A DNA stretch of 64,000 nt from a virus. Shown here in pieces: positions 1 through 9,908 of the stretch. Each line of letters opens with the position of its first letter. The stretch's first letter is position 1. Under the pieces are notes generated by a model. The model saw only the letters and a program-made list of their open reading frames with translations, was not told the DNA's origin and did no database searches. The DNA is taken from positions 32,001 through 96,000 of the IMG/VR virus record IMGVR_UViG_3300017991_000062. One strand, 5' to 3'. Made by a program: the position numbers and the translations under genes.

Positions 1-330
1 AACCGCTGCGCGGCCATCGTCTCTGATGTCGGTGTCGAGAACCAGGCCGACATCTCCACCCTCCGCGGCAAGCTCCAGGGCATCGAGGCGTCTGCCAAGG
101 CCATCGAGCGTCGGTTCGCGACCGAGCTGGCGAAGTACGAGCGCCACAAGCGCATGGAGGAGGAGGACGAGGAGGAGCGGGAGGAGCGCGGCCGGCCGGC
201 GCTCCCTGCCAGCCTGACCGACCGCCGCGCGAAGAAGGCCGTCGCCGACCGGAACAAGGCCAGGAAGGCGGCCAAGAAGAAGCCGACCAAGAAGAAGCCG
301 GCCAAGCCGCGCAAGCGGCCGAAGAAGTAG
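1..330 (+). CDS. Partial (5'-truncated) hypothetical protein with acidic patch and Lys-rich C-terminal tail
   Basis: Frame +1 open from base 1 to TAG at 328-330: NRCAAIVSD...MEEEDEEERE...KAAKKKPTKKKPAKPRKRPKK; phage-like codon usage; not in ORF track. Confidence 0.75.
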   Translation, partial: NRCAAIVSDVGVENQADISTLRGKLQGIEASAKAIERRFATELAKYERHKRMEEEDEEEREERGRPALPASLTDRRAKKAVADRNKARKAAKKKPTKKKPAKPRKRPKK

Positions 331-337
331 AGGCGCG

Positions 338-832
338 ATGGGTGGGACTCCCGACAGGTTTCCAGGGACGCGGCACGAGGACGAGATTGTCCTCGACCCG
401 CAGACTGACGGTGACCCCACCGAGCAAGGTGCGCTCAAGTACGTCGGCGGCGAGATGCGGTTCCGCGATGCTGCCGGTGTGTTCAACCCCCGCACAGGCG
501 GCAGTGGTATCACAGCCGAGCAGCACCGCGTCCTTCGCCAGCTCATTCACTTCGTAACCACTGGCGGCCCGGCCGGTGGGTTCGCATCTGGCGCGTTCTA
601 TGAGGCTCTTCCGGTCGGCCCGTTCCCGACGACTGCGACGTGGTGGGAGTCGAACAGCAAAGTGAAGAAGATCGTGGAGCTGACCGTGGCCTGGACAGCC
701 GCGAACCCCACCGAGGAGAAGTGGGAGATGTACGACACGGACGGGGTCACGGTCATCGCTCGTGTCACTGACACGATCACTTATACCGGGGCGTTCGAGT
801 CTGGCCGCACCCGGGCGATTTGGGTGGCGTGA
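338..832 (+). CDS. Hypothetical protein, probably virion-associated
   Basis: 164-aa ORF, stop overlaps next ATG (TGATG); lies in structural module. Confidence 0.7.
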   Translation: MGGTPDRFPGTRHEDEIVLDPQTDGDPTEQGALKYVGGEMRFRDAAGVFNPRTGGSGITAEQHRVLRQLIHFVTTGGPAGGFASGAFYEALPVGPFPTTATWWESNSKVKKIVELTVAWTAANPTEEKWEMYDTDGVTVIARVTDTITYTGAFESGRTRAIWVA

Positions 833-1785
833 TGGGTTTGCTCTCACCGGCTGCACTCCTGATCGACTCGGCGGGGAACTACCTCAAGGTCGTTGCTGAC
901 GGCGCGACCGACAAGCTGCTCGGCGTAGCTGCCAAGATACGCGACGTCGCGGGTGATGTGATCAACCCATCGACCGAGGAAACCCTCGCCGCGATCAAGG
1001 ACACGGACGGCATCAAGAAGGTTGTCGACCAGCTCCCGGCCGGGACCAATGAGATCGGCAAGGTCGCGCAGGGAACCAAGGCCGTTGGAGCCGGGGCGTG
1101 GCCCCAGGTGCTCTATGACTCGGCGGGGCATGCGGTCGGCGTCATGCTTGACGGAGCCGTGTATCGTATCCAGGGCGACAGCAAAGTCGCCAAGGGCGCG
1201 ACGAACTTGGTTCACCTGGACGTCATCGACACGGTGGCCGGCCAGGGGCGTCTCAAGGCTTCGCTCTACACACCGGACGGGGATGCTGTCGCGTTCCCAT
1301 CGGTGTCGCCTGACCCGAGCAACATCAAGAACGACTTCGTGAAGAGCGGTGGGTCGCCGTCGCTTCTGGCGGACGGCGACCCGACCCCGGTGGTCTTCAG
1401 CTACGACGCCGACCCGACGCGCGACATCTCGCTCCAGGAGATCAAGTTCGTCCTCGTCTCCAACTCCGTCACCTTCGGCAGCGATTACTTCGGCGCAAAG
1501 TCCGGCCCGCTGGCGAACGGGTTGCTCGTGGAGGTTATCTCCGGCGGCACCACCGGCACCGTTGCGCTGCTCAAGCAGAACGAGGACTTCGTCAACTTCG
1601 CGTCGCCTGGTGGCTTCGAGTGGGTCGTGTCGTCGAAGGATATGATGTCGTCGAACTGGCTGGTCGGCGGCGGCATCAAGCTCAAGGCTGGCGGAACCGA
1701 CAAGGTGCGCGTGACGGTGCAAGATGACATCGACAGCGCGGGCGTCTACTTCCAGTGCTACGTGAAGGGCAATATCCTCGGGTAG
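832..1785 (+). CDS. Putative virion structural protein (beta-rich)
   Basis: ATG at 832 coupled to previous stop; G/V/D/T-rich composition typical of virion proteins. Confidence 0.7.
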   Translation: MGLLSPAALLIDSAGNYLKVVADGATDKLLGVAAKIRDVAGDVINPSTEETLAAIKDTDGIKKVVDQLPAGTNEIGKVAQGTKAVGAGAWPQVLYDSAGHAVGVMLDGAVYRIQGDSKVAKGATNLVHLDVIDTVAGQGRLKASLYTPDGDAVAFPSVSPDPSNIKNDFVKSGGSPSLLADGDPTPVVFSYDADPTRDISLQEIKFVLVSNSVTFGSDYFGAKSGPLANGLLVEVISGGTTGTVALLKQNEDFVNFASPGGFEWVVSSKDMMSSNWLVGGGIKLKAGGTDKVRVTVQDDIDSAGVYFQCYVKGNILG

Positions 1786-1794
1786 GGGGCAACG

Positions 1795-2478
1795 ATGCCG
1801 ACGCGCACGACCATCGACGGGCCGAAGACGAGCGACGACAAGCTCATCATGCTGAACAGCGGCTACGGCTCCGACCGTATCCTGGACATCGCAGGCCGCG
1901 TGGATGACACTCAATTCAAGTTGCAGAAGTCCGGTGCTGGTGACGTGGCGCTGGAGGTGTCCTTCGCTGGCACCCGCTCACTAGCCGGCGGATTCGTCCA
2001 GTGGAAGAACGGCGGCATCGAGGACGGGGTGGACTTCGAGGTCTTCGCGCCTGCCTCGCAGGTAACGGCCACACCAGGCGTCGGGAACTGCAACCTCGTC
2101 GGTGAGCCAGCGATCCTCGTCGTCCCGGCAGCCGGCAACGGCTCGCATACCATCGACCTCTATAACGATGCCGTTCCGGTCCCGGCACCAGCGGGGAACG
2201 GCTACTACGACCTCGACACCGCTGGCAACCCGACCCCGAACCAGGACAGCCCACCGACAGGGGCTTGGAACCTGTACCTCGCGACGATTCAGATCGCACA
2301 CCACATCACCGACTTCCCGATCTGGGGCGACGGCATGGCAAAGATCGGGGAGGACAACATCAAACCCGAGGATCTGCTTCGCCAGTGGACCCTCAAGACC
2401 ACGCTGCACAACCGCAGCGGCAACGCCGACCTCGGTATCCGGTGGGCGCTGGTCAGCGGCAAGCCGAAGGGGAGCTGA
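1795..2478 (+). CDS. Putative virion structural protein
   Basis: 227-aa ORF with G-rich RBS; structural context. Confidence 0.7.
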   Translation: MPTRTTIDGPKTSDDKLIMLNSGYGSDRILDIAGRVDDTQFKLQKSGAGDVALEVSFAGTRSLAGGFVQWKNGGIEDGVDFEVFAPASQVTATPGVGNCNLVGEPAILVVPAAGNGSHTIDLYNDAVPVPAPAGNGYYDLDTAGNPTPNQDSPPTGAWNLYLATIQIAHHITDFPIWGDGMAKIGEDNIKPEDLLRQWTLKTTLHNRSGNADLGIRWALVSGKPKGS

Positions 2479-2579
2479 TGGTGTCCTGGTGCCTGGAGAG
2501 GATCGGAGCCGCAGTCATCCTGGGCCTGGTCGCCGCGAAGCTCCTTGGGAAAGGGCTCTCCGGGAAGCTGCGGGTATGA
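2478..2579 (+). CDS. Small hydrophobic peptide (33 aa)
   Basis: TGATG coupling at 2476-2480; MVSWCLERIGAAVILGLVAAKLLGKGLSGKLRV. Confidence 0.4.
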   Translation: MVSWCLERIGAAVILGLVAAKLLGKGLSGKLRV

Positions 2580-2598
2580 CCCGCGAGGAGTTCTGGGC

Positions 2599-3159
2599 AT
2601 GGCGCGAGATGTGGAACCGCGAGTACCGCCGGGTGACGGCGCGGTGCTGCTCGTCTTCACGGCCAGCTCGCACCCCATCAGCAGGGCGATCCGGTGGCTC
2701 ACCCGTTCCCCGGTGAGCCACGTCTTCATCGAATACGAGAGCGAGGGGTGGGGTGGCCGGTGGGCGGCCGAAGCTACCACCACCGGGGTTCGCAAGGTTC
2801 AGGCCCAGGTCGCGCGTAAGAGCGTGTACGCCGAGATCGAGTGCCTGTTCGACCCAAGGCCCGGATACGAGGCTGTCGGCGCTCTGGTGGGCAAGCGGTA
2901 CGACTACTTCGGTGTCGCACTTCTCGGGCTCGTCGTTGCGGCCTGGCGATGGTTTCGGGTCAAGCTGCGGGTGCCACACCGCTCGGCGCTGTCGCAGTTC
3001 TGTTCCGAGTTCGCTGCGCGGTGGCTGATGGGGTGCAAGGTGCCCAGGACGGAGCACTGGGACCCGAACCGTGCCGCTCCCGGGCGGCTCTACAAGTTTG
3101 CCTTGACCCACCCCCGTCATTTCAAGCTACGATGGCGCCGCAGGAAGGGCGATGGCTGA
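2599..3159 (+). CDS. Permuted papain-like NlpC/P60 (YiiX/YebB-type) enzyme
   Basis: GAGGAG RBS at 2585-2590; ISRAIRWLTRSPVSHV (His first), LVGKRYDY, FCSEF (Cys last): permuted catalytic order; start uncertain. Confidence 0.75.
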   Translation: MARDVEPRVPPGDGAVLLVFTASSHPISRAIRWLTRSPVSHVFIEYESEGWGGRWAAEATTTGVRKVQAQVARKSVYAEIECLFDPRPGYEAVGALVGKRYDYFGVALLGLVVAAWRWFRVKLRVPHRSALSQFCSEFAARWLMGCKVPRTEHWDPNRAAPGRLYKFALTHPRHFKLRWRRRKGDG

Positions 3160-3457
3160 CAGCTACTACCAGGGGAAGATCGTCGACCTTATCGGCGTCC
3201 CTGACGGGGTCGAGCGCGAGTTTGTGACTCCGAGTGCATTCGCGCCGGACACCATCAAGGTCTTCTGGAACGGCGTCGAGTACCGTGCCGACGATGACCT
3301 GAAGGGGTGGGTCGAGGTGTCCACGAGCCGCATCCGGTTCAACGTGGCGCCCCTGGCCAACGACATCCTCCAAGCCTACTACCACGAGACGAACCCCGTG
3401 CCTGGGCTTGACAACGTGGTCGGAACACCGTTTGATCCAGACGGTGTCCTGCCGTAG
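3152..3457 (+). CDS. Small Ig-like virion protein
   Basis: DGVEREF..P...IKVFWNGV...IRFNVAPLANDILQAYY pattern typical of phage tail/baseplate beta-sandwich repeats. Confidence 0.65.
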   Translation: MADSYYQGKIVDLIGVPDGVEREFVTPSAFAPDTIKVFWNGVEYRADDDLKGWVEVSTSRIRFNVAPLANDILQAYYHETNPVPGLDNVVGTPFDPDGVLP

Positions 3458-3469
3458 GAGGGAAGAGAC

Positions 3470-4642
3470 ATGCCGAGCATCGCACGCGGCCAGGAGTGCA
3501 CCACCTCGATCCTGAACTGGTTCATCCTGGTGAACGGAACCAAGACCGACGCCTTTGACGTCGGATGCCAGATTTGGGACATCAGCGGCGGCCTGCCGGG
3601 CTCGGTGGTGTGGCCGACCCCTGGTGACGACACTGCCTGGGAGAACGTGACGAACGCGCCTGGCAAGTTCTCGGTCGGCTCCTACTACCCGTATGACAAC
3701 ACGCTCGGCGCCGGCTGGACGCCGGCCCTGGGCGAGCCCCTGGGCGACCACCTCATCAAGTGGCGCTGGAAGATCACGGCGGCGGCGCCCTACATGGCGG
3801 GGCAGGAGGCATTCACCGTCCTCGCCGAGTCGAGCGGCACGACGCAGGACGAGTACATCACCGTTCAGCAGGTGCGGGACGAGGGCGTGCCCCTGCCAGC
3901 AGACGGCGGCCCGAGCGACGATGAGATCCTCGCGCTCATCCAGCTCTTCAGCGGCCTGGTCGACAAGGTGACCAGGTGCTTCTTCACGGCCCGCACCTTC
4001 GAGCTACGCCTCGACGGGAGCGGTCACGACACCCTGTTCCTCCCGTGGCCCGTCATCGAGATCACGGCGGTCGAGGTGAACCTGCTCGCTGGCACTTCGC
4101 CACGCTCGGGCACGGTGCTCACGGAGGACCAATACGAGGTCTACAACCGCGACCTGCCCAACGACAAGCGGACGCCGCGGATCGAGCTGGTGAGTCAGGG
4201 GCAGAGCATCTACGCCGGAACCGACCTGGGCAACTTCGCTGTCGGCACCCTGAACCAGCGCATCAGCGGGACGTTCGGGTGGGTCGAGAACGGCCAGGTG
4301 CCCCTCCCCATTCAGCAGGCGATGAAGCGCCTGGTCATCCGCAACCTGGGCAAGCTGGCCACGGGCGAGGGCGGCTCGGAGTCCTGGGGTGGCGGCGGCG
4401 CGGCGGCCGGCTCGTGGGGCATCCTCGAAGAGCAGACCGACCGGCACCGGATCAAGTTCACGGATGCCAAGGCCGGCGAGGGGATGGGCGCGGACGCGAC
4501 GGCGCTCCAGCTCATCAACGACCCGGTGGCCTACGCGATGATTATGCAGTACCGCATCGCGACTCCCGCGATTGCCTGGTCGAGCAGGCCCGTCGAGCGT
4601 GGTATGATGAACGGCGGCGAGTCGAACCGTAGGTGCTACTGA
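3470..4642 (+). CDS. Head-tail adaptor (HK97 gp6/SPP1 gp15-like C-terminal domain) with N-terminal extra domain
   Basis: YITVQQVR...SDDEILALIQ...VDKVTRCFF...LDGSG..TLFLPWPVIEITAV...GTFGW...VPLPIQQAMKRLV; position upstream of closure/tail genes. Confidence 0.75.
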   Translation: MPSIARGQECTTSILNWFILVNGTKTDAFDVGCQIWDISGGLPGSVVWPTPGDDTAWENVTNAPGKFSVGSYYPYDNTLGAGWTPALGEPLGDHLIKWRWKITAAAPYMAGQEAFTVLAESSGTTQDEYITVQQVRDEGVPLPADGGPSDDEILALIQLFSGLVDKVTRCFFTARTFELRLDGSGHDTLFLPWPVIEITAVEVNLLAGTSPRSGTVLTEDQYEVYNRDLPNDKRTPRIELVSQGQSIYAGTDLGNFAVGTLNQRISGTFGWVENGQVPLPIQQAMKRLVIRNLGKLATGEGGSESWGGGGAAAGSWGILEEQTDRHRIKFTDAKAGEGMGADATALQLINDPVAYAMIMQYRIATPAIAWSSRPVERGMMNGGESNRRCY

Positions 4643-5046
4643 TGCCGAACCCGAACCTCATTCACCCGATCCCGGTCGTGCTTGAGCAGCTCGACAAGGC
4701 TGCCACGCTGTACGACGAGGACGCGCAGGAGCCCATCGGCCGGCCGGAGTACACCCAGGTCAGGCTCCAGGCCCAGGTGAAGTGGAGGGCCATCGACGAT
4801 CCCGACTGGATGTGGTCGGGACGCCGGGAGAGCTGGAAGGGCTACCTGCTCTTCAAGCGCTCGACCCTGGTGACCAGGGGTGTCACCATCGCGAAGGGCG
4901 ACCAGATCACGACCATCGGGCACCGCGCCTGCCGGCTCTACGTGGAGGAGTTCGAGGACGCCGGCCACTACCCCGACATCGGCGGGAACGGTCTCATGCT
5001 CGCGTTCTTCTCCGACCGCAGCCCGGCCGAGCCCCAGGAGGTCTGA
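4642..5046 (+). CDS. Putative head closure (stopper) protein
   Basis: 134 aa, coupled TGATG, directly follows adaptor; 'IAKGDQI' type motif. Confidence 0.6.
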   Translation: MPNPNLIHPIPVVLEQLDKAATLYDEDAQEPIGRPEYTQVRLQAQVKWRAIDDPDWMWSGRRESWKGYLLFKRSTLVTRGVTIAKGDQITTIGHRACRLYVEEFEDAGHYPDIGGNGLMLAFFSDRSPAEPQEV

Positions 5047-5765
5047 TGGCCACGAAGCGCGACTCCAAGGGCCGGTTCGTCGGAGGCGGCGGAAGCGGCA
5101 GCAAGGGCGGGAGCAGTTCACCCACGGCTGGCGGGACGAAGATCGGCGCGGCTGCCATCAAGAAGTCGGGGCTTGTCCTGTCGGGCGACTGGAAGAAGTA
5201 CGGCGCAACCCTGGACACCTTTGCTGACAACTTCAGCCGGCTTGTGGGCCTGGCGACAGAGCGGAACGCTATCGAGGTCCGCGACGAGATCCGGCGGCGC
5301 ATCGACCAGAAGAAGTACGGCGAGAACGCACCGCGCACCCTCATCCTCAAGGGCGGCGGATACCCCCTGGTCGGAAAGAGCGGTTCCCCGGAGAAGGCCA
5401 AGGGCGCCTCTGGTGGTGGAACCGGGGCGGCCCTGCTGAAGTCGCTCGCCTACGAGATGGAGGGGCCGCTGGCCGCGGTCGTCGGTGTCAACCGATGGGC
5501 GGTGTGGAAGGGCCGGAAGAACATCGGCAAGATCGTCCATGATGGCATCGTCATCAACGTCACCGATAAGATGCGCAAGTACTTCCTCTTCCTCGCGTTC
5601 AAGTACGGCGACAAGGGCTTCAAGCCGCTGCACCCGAAGACGACGAAGATCCGTATCCCGCCCCGGCCGTTCATCAAGACGGTGGTGGACGATGGCATGG
5701 TGCAGGCCCGCATGAAGAAGGAGTGGTCCAAGGCGGTCGACGCGGCATTCGCGGGAGGGAAGTGA
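5046..5765 (+). CDS. Tail completion / virion morphogenesis protein (HK97 gp10/Mu gpG-like)
   Basis: LLKSLAY...AVVGV...VHDG...IPPRPFI motif; basic; N-terminal KRDSKGRF motif; coupled starts/stops. Confidence 0.7.
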   Translation: MATKRDSKGRFVGGGGSGSKGGSSSPTAGGTKIGAAAIKKSGLVLSGDWKKYGATLDTFADNFSRLVGLATERNAIEVRDEIRRRIDQKKYGENAPRTLILKGGGYPLVGKSGSPEKAKGASGGGTGAALLKSLAYEMEGPLAAVVGVNRWAVWKGRKNIGKIVHDGIVINVTDKMRKYFLFLAFKYGDKGFKPLHPKTTKIRIPPRPFIKTVVDDGMVQARMKKEWSKAVDAAFAGGK

Positions 5766-7009
5766 TGCGCGAGCAGGTGCTCATCAAGGCGTTCAACTAC
5801 GGGGAGGAGTGGCGCGCCGACCTCGTGTTCAGCGACACCGACATCTACCTGGAAAGCCGCAACGCTGGTCGCGGGGTCCAGCTCCGCGCCGACAGCGAGG
5901 GGGAGTACCCCACCACGGGTGAGCACTTCGTGCGGCACCGGGTCACCGAGCCCCTCGCCCTGCGCGAGTGGGAGAGCTTCGCCTGCGAGGCCATCGAGCC
6001 GGCCGGCACCAGTGTCACCTTCCGGCTCTCGGACGGGACCGACGACTACTACTGGGACGGGGGCGCCTGGGTCACCCCTGCTACGGCCTGGTCTTCCGCA
6101 CAAGAGCTGAACGACAACGCCTCCAGCTTCCGGGGCGTGGTCGACTCGAAGAAGCTCCAGGTCGTCGCTAGGCTGGCCACGACCGATCCGAACTTGACTC
6201 CGCGCCTCACCACGACTAAACTCCTGTATCGAGTCTGGATCAACTTCACGGAGGACTTGCTGTTGCGCTCCCTGGTTCCCACCATCAAGAGCCAGATCCG
6301 GCCGTGGAAGGACACGGCCTTCAAGCTCAAGAGCGACACCGACACGCTCGCCATCGGCGAGGGCGGCGCCTACACGGTGCGGCCCTACAAGGCGCTCGAA
6401 ATCGTCGGCGTCTGGGACCACGACAGCGACCCCGACCACCGAACCAACCTGCTCCAGAGCTACGACGACTCGGCCGAGGAGATCACGCTCACCAGCGTCC
6501 AGGCTACCGGGACGCGGCTGTGGGTCGCGTTCCGCTACGCCCCGTCCGTGAGCGTGGCGAAGCATCCCGACTACACCGAGGTCGAGGACCTCGTGCCCGT
6601 GCTCGTCCTGGAGAACCTCCGCGCTGTCGACGTGCTCCGCGGCACCCCGGCCCGGCGTGACTCGGTCATCGACCAGGCCACGGGCGCGGCCAAGGTCATC
6701 AGCAAGGTGGACGCGACCACGTTCGATCTCGACATCCTGGTTTCAGCAGACCGGGACACCGACCGCATGCGCCTCGCAGACGCGGTCAAGGACTACTTCG
6801 ACGACAACCCGCTGCTCAACCTCGCGGGCGTCGACGAGGCCACCCCTGTTCGCATCCTGAACGACCCCTCCTTCACCGGGCGACCAGATGGGAGCGGGCT
6901 ACTTCAGGACCAGATCACGCTTCGGCTCGACCGCCTTCACTACTTCCCCAGAGCGGAAGATAGGTGGGCGGTCCAGACTTTTGTACCGGCACTGGCACCG
7001 CGCCCCTAG
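5765..7009 (+). CDS. Putative tail terminator with N-terminal accessory domain
   Basis: 414 aa immediately upstream of sheath; C-terminal half (PVLVLE...FDLDILVSA...RMRLADAVKDYF) fits terminator-like fold; inference from position. Confidence 0.55.
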   Translation: MREQVLIKAFNYGEEWRADLVFSDTDIYLESRNAGRGVQLRADSEGEYPTTGEHFVRHRVTEPLALREWESFACEAIEPAGTSVTFRLSDGTDDYYWDGGAWVTPATAWSSAQELNDNASSFRGVVDSKKLQVVARLATTDPNLTPRLTTTKLLYRVWINFTEDLLLRSLVPTIKSQIRPWKDTAFKLKSDTDTLAIGEGGAYTVRPYKALEIVGVWDHDSDPDHRTNLLQSYDDSAEEITLTSVQATGTRLWVAFRYAPSVSVAKHPDYTEVEDLVPVLVLENLRAVDVLRGTPARRDSVIDQATGAAKVISKVDATTFDLDILVSADRDTDRMRLADAVKDYFDDNPLLNLAGVDEATPVRILNDPSFTGRPDGSGLLQDQITLRLDRLHYFPRAEDRWAVQTFVPALAPRP

Positions 7010-7063
7010 CAACACGGGGTCGGCACAGGCCGGCGAGACGAGAACGGAAGGACAGGTGCAGAC

Positions 7064-9475
7064 ATGGCGCAGCGGCGTTTCGGTCCAGTGCTCGGCCCCG
7101 GTACGGCAGTCGTGGAGAAGGAGGCCCAGAAGCAGATCGTGCCCGGCGCGCTCGGCATCACGGGCCACATCGGCATCTACGAGAAGGGGCCTGTGAGCGA
7201 GCTGGATGGCTGCCTCAAGCGGGGCGACTTCGTCAACAAGTTCGGCGGCCGGATCTCGCAGTCGCTCTGCCCCGACGCGGCCCAGGACTTCTTCAGCCTG
7301 GGCGACGGCGCGGGCGAGCTGTGGCCGGTGCGCGTCACGGACGGCGAGGAGGAGAACGCGCACGCGACCTTCTGGACGCGCCACGACGACAGCAACCCGG
7401 GCAGCGGCACCTTCTTCAACGGCGCGCTGCCCTCCCTCAAGGTCGAGGGCAAGAGCGCCGGGATGTGGGCCGGCGGTGCCTTCCACTACGAGCAGAGCGT
7501 GGCCGCGGCTGACGTGACCGCCACCACCATCGACCTCGGCCTGGGCGCCGGGGCGCTCGCCGTCGACATCATGCTCGGCGCCACCATCCACGTCGAGGAG
7601 CCCTACGGTGCCGGCCGAGCTGGTCCCTACAAGGTAACGGGCAACACCGATGCCGGCGTGGTGAGCGTCGAGGCTCACAACGACATGGCGACCGACTGGC
7701 CGGCCGACCCGAGCATCGTCATCATCGAGCGCCAGAACACCCACCCGGTCACCGACAACCCGCGGCACGTCAGCGTCGTGTTCGGCGACGGCGTGGAGAA
7801 CCCGCTCACCGAGTTCTCGATGACGGTGTACGTCGACGGTGTCGAGGTGCGCACCTACGAGAACCTCTCGATGGACCCGGCCTCGGGCCGCTACGTCGAG
7901 AACGTGGTCAACAACGACTCGGGGAACCACTGGGTCACGGTCACGAACCAGTGGACGGGCGGCGTCACCGCCCTCTCCCGCCCGACCAACGCCTGGCGCG
8001 GCGAGTCGGCGGCCCTCGTCGACCCGCTGGACAGCGACCCCGACCTCCTGACGGCCATCACCCAGGTCGTCGCCTATGGCGGCACGAACACGGGCGACGG
8101 CACGGCCACGGTGACGGCCTTCACGGACGACTACCTGGAGGACGAGATCCTCCTGACCTGCACCACCCTCGGCGGCGACGGTGTCGGTAAGTTCTCGGTG
8201 GCGTCCAACATCTACGGCACCAGCGCGGCCGACGTGCTCACCAGCGGCACGGCCTTCGCACTCGGTGACCGAGGCGTGACCGTGTTGGTCTCTGGCGGCG
8301 CGACCGATTGGGCCGTGGCCGACACCATCACCATCAAGGTCTACCGGCTCGCGAAGAACGACGCGCTGGTCGGTGGCTACCTGTGGCCCGACGTGGATGG
8401 CGCCCCGAACGACAGCTACCGCATCATCGAGAACAAGGGCAACACCATCCGCGTGAGCATCGGCTCCGACCTGACCAGCGTGGCCACCCCGGGCGACACC
8501 TTCAAGGTCGAGGCGCCGCAGCAACTCACCGAGGGGTGGGACGGCTTCGGTGGCCTCAAGACCAATCTGAACCCGTGGCTCGTCGCCCTCGATGTGGCGA
8601 GCTGCCCCTGGAACGGGCTGCGCGGCCAGGACAAGGGTCTCGTGAAGCTCGCCTCCCCGGGAATCGGGTGGTGGGGTGAGGAGTACACCCTGCTCTCCGA
8701 GCTGGTCGAGAAGGCCGGCCTGGAGTACGCCGAGAGCCGCGGCTACGAGTGGCGGGTCGAGGTGCCCCCGAGCACGGTGGACGAGATCAACGCGGACGCC
8801 TACGTGAACTCCACGGTCGGCAAGAACGACTTCGGCGTCACGAGCTTCCCGACCTACTGCTACGTCCTGGACCCCGACAGCACGGACGGCGCCCTCAAGC
8901 TGGTGTCGATGGTCGGCATGGCTCACGGCCGCGAGGCCGCGGTCGCCCGCGACTACAAGGGGTATCACAAGGCCGCGTCCGGTATCGAGGTCACGCTGCC
9001 CCGGGTGGTGAAGCTCGCGACGGACGGCCTGGTCATCAACCTGGAGTACACCAACCCGCGGGGTCTGAACGCGATCCTGAAGAAGGGCGGGAACTACGTG
9101 CTCTGGGGCGACCGCACCATCGCCCAGGACCCGGCCTGGAAGTGGAAGCACCAGCGCGAGCAGATGAGCCACTACGAGCTGTCCCTCATGGAGAGCTTCG
9201 ACTGGATCATCTGGGCGATCAACGACCAGTCGACCTGGCAGCTCGCGCTCACGGCGCTCTACTCCTTCTTCCTGCCGGAGTACCGCAAGGGCGCCCTCCA
9301 GGGCGACACCTTCGAGCAGGCCGCGGCCATCAAGGTCGACGGCGACATCAACGACGCGGCCGAGCGAGCGGCTGGCAACCTGAACGCCGAGACGACGCTC
9401 TGGCTGGCCGACACGGTCGAGCGCTTCGTCATCACGATGGGCAAGAAGGGCATCTTCGAGGAGGTCGTGGCCTAG
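7064..9475 (+). CDS. Contractile tail sheath protein
   Basis: PGTAVVE...ITGHIG..EKGPV N-terminus; C-terminal HKAASG, GLNAI...VLWGDRT...W..WAIND...EYRKGALQG...ERFVI; 803 aa with large central insertion. Confidence 0.93.
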   Translation: MAQRRFGPVLGPGTAVVEKEAQKQIVPGALGITGHIGIYEKGPVSELDGCLKRGDFVNKFGGRISQSLCPDAAQDFFSLGDGAGELWPVRVTDGEEENAHATFWTRHDDSNPGSGTFFNGALPSLKVEGKSAGMWAGGAFHYEQSVAAADVTATTIDLGLGAGALAVDIMLGATIHVEEPYGAGRAGPYKVTGNTDAGVVSVEAHNDMATDWPADPSIVIIERQNTHPVTDNPRHVSVVFGDGVENPLTEFSMTVYVDGVEVRTYENLSMDPASGRYVENVVNNDSGNHWVTVTNQWTGGVTALSRPTNAWRGESAALVDPLDSDPDLLTAITQVVAYGGTNTGDGTATVTAFTDDYLEDEILLTCTTLGGDGVGKFSVASNIYGTSAADVLTSGTAFALGDRGVTVLVSGGATDWAVADTITIKVYRLAKNDALVGGYLWPDVDGAPNDSYRIIENKGNTIRVSIGSDLTSVATPGDTFKVEAPQQLTEGWDGFGGLKTNLNPWLVALDVASCPWNGLRGQDKGLVKLASPGIGWWGEEYTLLSELVEKAGLEYAESRGYEWRVEVPPSTVDEINADAYVNSTVGKNDFGVTSFPTYCYVLDPDSTDGALKLVSMVGMAHGREAAVARDYKGYHKAASGIEVTLPRVVKLATDGLVINLEYTNPRGLNAILKKGGNYVLWGDRTIAQDPAWKWKHQREQMSHYELSLMESFDWIIWAINDQSTWQLALTALYSFFLPEYRKGALQGDTFEQAAAIKVDGDINDAAERAAGNLNAETTLWLADTVERFVITMGKKGIFEEVVA

Positions 9476-9536
9476 CGGCCCGGCAGCCTTTGGATTGACC
9501 AGCCCCGGGGTACGGGGCGCCGAGAGGAGGATCGAC

Positions 9537-9848
9537 ATGGCAAGCGGTGGCAGCAGGTGCAAGACGGGCATCGTGACCGGGACCGGCTCCGACATGAGCG
9601 TCGAGGGCGTGGGCTTCCGGCCGCGGCGTGTCCAGCTCATCAACATCGACGGCAACTCCCGCGCCGACTGGGGCGAGCAGATGCCGGACGACGCGATGGC
9701 GAAGATCGTGGACAGCGGCGCGGGCGCGACCGACCTGTCCTACGTCACCACGGACGGCGTGACGCCCTCGCACGACGGCTTCGACCTGGGCGCCGACACC
9801 GACCTGAACGTCAGCGGCGAGCAGGTCATGTGGACGTGCTGGGACTAG
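9537..9848 (+). CDS. Small virion protein (hypothetical)
   Basis: GAGGAG RBS; TGTG...VGFRP..VQL...DGFDLG..LN.SGE pattern common in virion appendage proteins. Confidence 0.65.
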   Translation: MASGGSRCKTGIVTGTGSDMSVEGVGFRPRRVQLINIDGNSRADWGEQMPDDAMAKIVDSGAGATDLSYVTTDGVTPSHDGFDLGADTDLNVSGEQVMWTCWD

Positions 9849-9908
9849 GCTGACCCGGCTACCGTTCACCGGGGCGATGCGCTGACCTGAACGGAGGAGG
9901 AGGTCGCT

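Noticed and set aside
6899-9655. Very long minus-strand ORFs (e.g. 6899-9655, 31149-34145, 36249-38645, 42315-44840, 46356-48569)
   Set aside because: They are antisense shadows of strongly GC3-biased + strand genes, with no motifs or RBS and complete overlap with well-supported genes
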